DNA of 64,000 bases from an uncultured Holophagales bacterium (lineage in GTDB: Bacteria > Acidobacteriota > Thermoanaerobaculia > Multivoradales > UBA5704). The notes under the pieces were generated by a model, which was not told the origin of the DNA, made no database searches, and was given only the letters and a program-made list of their open reading frames with translations. The DNA lies in the NCBI GenBank assembly GCA_963842525.1, contig CAWJGT010000020.1:72511-136510 (forward strand). Direction: 5' to 3'. The position numbers were made by a program, and so were the translations under genes. How positions within the stretch are numbered: position 1 is the stretch's first letter; each line of letters begins with the position of its first letter. Positions 60,250 through 64,000 of this stretch are shown here, piece by piece.

Positions 60250-61191
60250 TTAGATAGAGCGAAGTTCCTTCAGAACCATCTCCATCGCCGGCCGCAACGA
60301 ACTCGTGGCCTTGCGCCGCCGCTGTTCGAGAGGACTCCGCCGTACCAACACCGCCCCCAGCCGATCCACATTCACATGCAGATACCGCTCCGTCGTCGCA
60401 ATCGACCGATGCCGCATCAAGAGCTGCACCTGCCGGATATCCACCCCCGCATCCAGCAGGTGGGTCGCTAGACTGTGCCGTAGCACATGAGGCGAAATCC
60501 GCCGCCCACCCGCCTCGATCCCCACCTCTGCGAACCGGCGAAGCAAGATCTTCCGCACTGCCCCCCGCGTCAGCGCCCGTCCCCAGAGAAAACGCCCCGC
60601 TGGCCGCGCCGCCAGCCACACCGCGAGCATCCGAGACACCGGCCGATCCAGCGGCAACCGCACATCCGTGCCAGCCCCCTTCCCGCGTCGCACGAGCACA
60701 CTGAACGCCTGCGTAGCCTCCTGCCAGACCACCCCCTCCGCCTCCAGCGGCCCGATCTCCGACGCCCGCAGCCCCGCCACGTAGGCCACGCCCAGCAGCA
60801 CCCGGTCGCGCATCTGTAGCGGATCGCGCGGCAGCGTCCCCGGCCGATCACCCCAGAGCAGCCGCGACACCTCGCCGACCGTGAGCACCTTGATTTCCCG
60901 CCGGTAGGGCCGAGGCCCCGACAGCGACGCCCAGGGGTTCACGTCGAGGATGCCGTGAGCCAGGCACCACTCGCCCAGCGAGCGGATCGCCACCACCACA
61001 CCCTGCCGCACCGACTCCCCGCGCCCGGCCAGATGCAGCCGCCGCAGATGCTTCTCGACGTCCTCCCGGCCGAGCTGCACGAGAGGCTTCCCGGAGTCCG
61101 CCAGCAGCCGCTCGACGAGCCGCCGATACCTGGCAGCCGTCCCTTCCGTACGCCCTCGGACGCTCACCAGGAACGCCGTCCATTCCTCCAC
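60250..61191 (-). CDS. XerC/D-like tyrosine recombinase
   Basis: AGLRASE, RRGKG, HVLRHSLATHLL, LMRH, TERY catalytic R-K-H-R-H-Y set. Confidence 0.93.
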   Translation of the reverse strand: MEEWTAFLVSVRGRTEGTAARYRRLVERLLADSGKPLVQLGREDVEKHLRRLHLAGRGESVRQGVVVAIRSLGEWCLAHGILDVNPWASLSGPRPYRREIKVLTVGEVSRLLWGDRPGTLPRDPLQMRDRVLLGVAYVAGLRASEIGPLEAEGVVWQEATQAFSVLVRRGKGAGTDVRLPLDRPVSRMLAVWLAARPAGRFLWGRALTRGAVRKILLRRFAEVGIEAGGRRISPHVLRHSLATHLLDAGVDIRQVQLLMRHRSIATTERYLHVNVDRLGAVLVRRSPLEQRRRKATSSLRPAMEMVLKELRSI

Positions 61192-61342
61192 AAGGACCAG
61201 ATTATCTGGTCCTTGGAGCGCCTCTTTTTTGCGCAGTATCTAACTGGAAATCCTCGACTTAGCAGGGACACGACGAGCTGGGCCGATTTGGGGTCTTGCG
61301 CTCATGTCCTCAAGCTGCCCACGAACGAGGAGCGCTGTCAAG

Positions 61343-61999
61343 ATGCCGAAGCGGACACAGCAGGGGAGCAAAGGCAAGGGCGGCCGGCCCAAGGGCAAGC
61401 CTCTGTCCGCGAAAGAGCGCGCCCAGCGCCGAGCCGCCGCGGTCAAGACCGGCCAGTACGCGACCACCGCCCTCGGCCAGGCGCTCCCTCCCTGCAAACC
61501 CTCAGTCTGTCCGAACGGCGGCACTGGCACCTGCGACGTTAAGCGTGCCGTCGAGTCGCGCGGCGCCGGCCTTTCGGCCTGCCTCGTCTCCCTCGGCCAT
61601 CACGATGTGATGGAGAAGTACCTCGCCGCCATCCAGGCCGGTGACCTCAACGGCCTGGCCGAGCTCGCCGCGACTTCGATGGCAGGCCAGCTCGCGCTTG
61701 CCCATGGCGAGCTCGCCGTCCTGATGCAGGAAGGCCTCGTCGTCCAAGTCCCTGTCGTCGGCCGCAATGCCGAAGGCGAGCTCGAGATCGTCGCCGAGCG
61801 CCCCGTCGAGAACCCTCGGGCGGCAAACACTTTCCAGCTCCTGCGGCAGCTCGGCCACACGGCCACCGACCAGGCGATCACACCCAAGGCGAGCGGGGAG
61901 CGCGAAAGAGACCACGGACTCGGCCTGGCGGGAAGGGCCGCCTGGGTGAGCCAGATGCGGAGAGGTCTGGCGGGGGAGGGGGAGGACTCCGATGCATAG
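61343..61999 (+). CDS. hypothetical protein, positional terminase small subunit candidate
   Basis: GAGGAG RBS; basic N-terminus (KGGRPKG...AVKTG.YA), Cys cluster, ENPR motif; overlaps the terminase-like gene. Confidence 0.55.
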   Translation: MPKRTQQGSKGKGGRPKGKPLSAKERAQRRAAAVKTGQYATTALGQALPPCKPSVCPNGGTGTCDVKRAVESRGAGLSACLVSLGHHDVMEKYLAAIQAGDLNGLAELAATSMAGQLALAHGELAVLMQEGLVVQVPVVGRNAEGELEIVAERPVENPRAANTFQLLRQLGHTATDQAITPKASGERERDHGLGLAGRAAWVSQMRRGLAGEGEDSDA

Positions 62000-63991
62000 C
62001 ATCGAGCTGCTCCATCCCGCGCTGCCCGAGCTGATCGACGCGCTCCTGCGCCGGAAGCGCTGGTCCTGGCAGGCGCTCGAACGAGGCGACCTCAAGCTCG
62101 GCGACGAGGTCCTCGATGTCGATCGGCTCCAGTGGTGGCTGATCAATGCCGACCCCGTCCTCTGGGTGGAAACGAATCTGGTCAACAAGCCGGAAGACGG
62201 CGGCGGGCTCTGGAGCCTTTTCCCTTACCAGCGCCCGTCCATGCGTTTCCGCGGCCACGTTGTCCATCAGGACGGCGCCGAGGTGGGGAAGAGCCGCGAG
62301 ATTGTCGGCCTGCTCCTCTGGGGTTGTCTCGCGGCAGAGCGGGGAAGCGTTCTCGTCGGGTCCGCCCTCGATGGCGATCTCGACGAGATCTGGGAAGAGG
62401 TCGAGTGGCAGCTCACTGCCAATCCCTTCCTCAATGACTCGCTGCGCACCCGCACCACGAAGCCCTATCGCCGCCTGACCTGGCGCAACGGCCTGCGAGT
62501 CCTCTTCCGTCCCGCCGGCCACGACGGCCGCGCCTACCGTGGCATCCATGTGCGCGGCTGGCTTCTGCACGACGAAGCGGCGAAGGTCGTCAATCCCAGG
62601 AGCTGGGCCGAGTTCTGGCGGGCCGCCAAGCCCGGCTGCGAGATCCGCATCTATTCCGTGCCCACCGGGGACCGCCTCTGCACCTTCCAGCGGATCGCCG
62701 ACAACGCGGTCCCCGCGGAATCGGTCGTCCCCGCCGACACGCCCAGGCTGGTCATCGAGCAGCTCCTCCGTCCCACCTCTGCGACGACCCCGGAAGGCAG
62801 TCGCGCGCCCTGGCTCGCGACCTCGGAGGCCGGATCTGGGTCCGCTTCCACTGGCCGAAAACCATCATGCCCGCCCCCTTCTGGAGCGAAGACCGCCGCC
62901 AGGAATTCATCGCTTTCTACGGCGGACCGGACGAGCCCGGCTACGTCCACAACGTGCTCGGCCTACCCGGCGATCCCGAGTACTCACTTTTTCCCGAGCG
63001 CCTCCTCAAGCCCGCGCTGACCTGGATCCCGGACTATCTCTCGATCTCTCTGAGATGGGACGCCCGCGCCGGCCAGCTCGACGCTCTCTCCCGCCGCCTC
63101 AATCCCGCCTATCCCTGGGGCGAAGAAAATCCTCCTCCCCTCTCCCGGCGGGGGAGAGGAAGGGAGATGGGAGAGGGGCCGGGGGTGAGGATCGCGGCGC
63201 CGACGACCTCCGCGACGAGGATCTCGAGGGGGAAGCCACCCTGCAGCCCTACCTCTCCGTCCTTCAGGACACCCTCGACGTCTCCGCCTGGGACACCTGG
63301 GACGCCGACCCAACGCCGGAAAGCCATAGAGGACCTGGCCCACTTCTTCCTCCGTCCCATCCCCGGCGACCTCACCGCCGGAGTCGATGTCGGGTCAGCC
63401 ACGGTCACCGAGATCCTCTTCGAACGCCGCAACGGCTTGGCCGACACCGTTGTCCTCCGCCTCCACCTCACCGGCTGGAACTGGTACGCCCAGCGAGACT
63501 TCATCCTCGCCCTCGACGCCATCCTCTGCCCGGCCGGCGGCTGGGGCATCGACGCCACCGGAGTCGGCCGCGTCCTGGTCGATCTCCTCGCCCCCGAGCT
63601 GGGCGACCGTCTCTCCGGCTACGTCTTCAATCGCGCCACCCCCGCCCTCGATCCCACCACCGGGGAAGCCCAGCTCGATCCGGCCACCGGCCGCGAGATC
63701 CTCATCTCCTACAAGGAGCTGGGCACCCAATTGATCGAGCGCCGTCTCCACGGCCGAGGCCTCGAGCTGCCTTTCGACCCCGAAGTCCGCCACCTCCTCG
63801 CAAACCACACCTATTCGCAGTCCGGCGAAGCCCGCCGCTTCTCCAAGGTCAACGACCATCTCGTCGATGCCCTGCGAGTCGCCGAGCTGCGCAAGCTCAC
63901 CGCCGATTGGGGAGCCTTCACCCCGCCCCTGATCTACGCCACTCCCACCGCAAACCCGATCGATTCCCTCGACATCCTGAGGAGGATGTGA
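61992..63991 (+). CDS. divergent terminase large subunit-like protein (apparent frameshifts near 62820 and possibly 63150-63310)
   Basis: LFPYQ adenine-binding motif, AEVGKS Walker A, LLHDEAA Walker B, RNase H-like AGVDVG, GIDATGVG, NDHLVDALR. Confidence 0.75.
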
Positions 63992-64000
63992 CCATGAAAC

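Larger units (their letters stand above)
56414..64000. mobile_element. prophage-like integrated element (left part; continues beyond window)
   Basis: tRNA 3' duplication, TGTCCCC direct repeats at about 56580-56608, tyrosine recombinase, terminase-like genes. Confidence 0.75.

Overview
High-GC bacterial chromosomal segment (gene content and repeat style suggest an Acidobacteriota/Thermoanaerobaculia-like organism; inference only). Housekeeping backbone: apt, tRNA-Arg(CCT), thymidine/pyrimidine-nucleoside phosphorylase, miaA-hfq, dnaE, CBS-domain tRNA nucleotidyltransferase, rsmD, hemC-hemA-ccsA, purA, icd. Interspersed are a CheB/CheR-TonB receptor-YfiR-multikinase signalling cluster, two PIN toxin-antitoxin loci, Uma2 and DUF559 nucleases, REP-like palindromes, two adjacent TTA-flanked MITEs and several tandem arrays. 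Many single-base frameshifts in essential genes look like long-read errors. Most notable: (1) a complete group I intron/ribozyme core (about 31692-31979) with no host gene, enclosed by a stem overlapping the stop codon of (2) an AlbA_2/Schlafen + HATPase_c_4 protein that ends in a SAVED-like module instead of the usual wHTH; (3) from 56414 onward, a tRNA-Lys-integrated prophage-like element with about 3 kb of non-coding hairpin-rich repeats (4 x ~227 bp), dif-like palindromes, a 6-Cys secreted peptide, a tyrosine recombinase and a divergent terminase.
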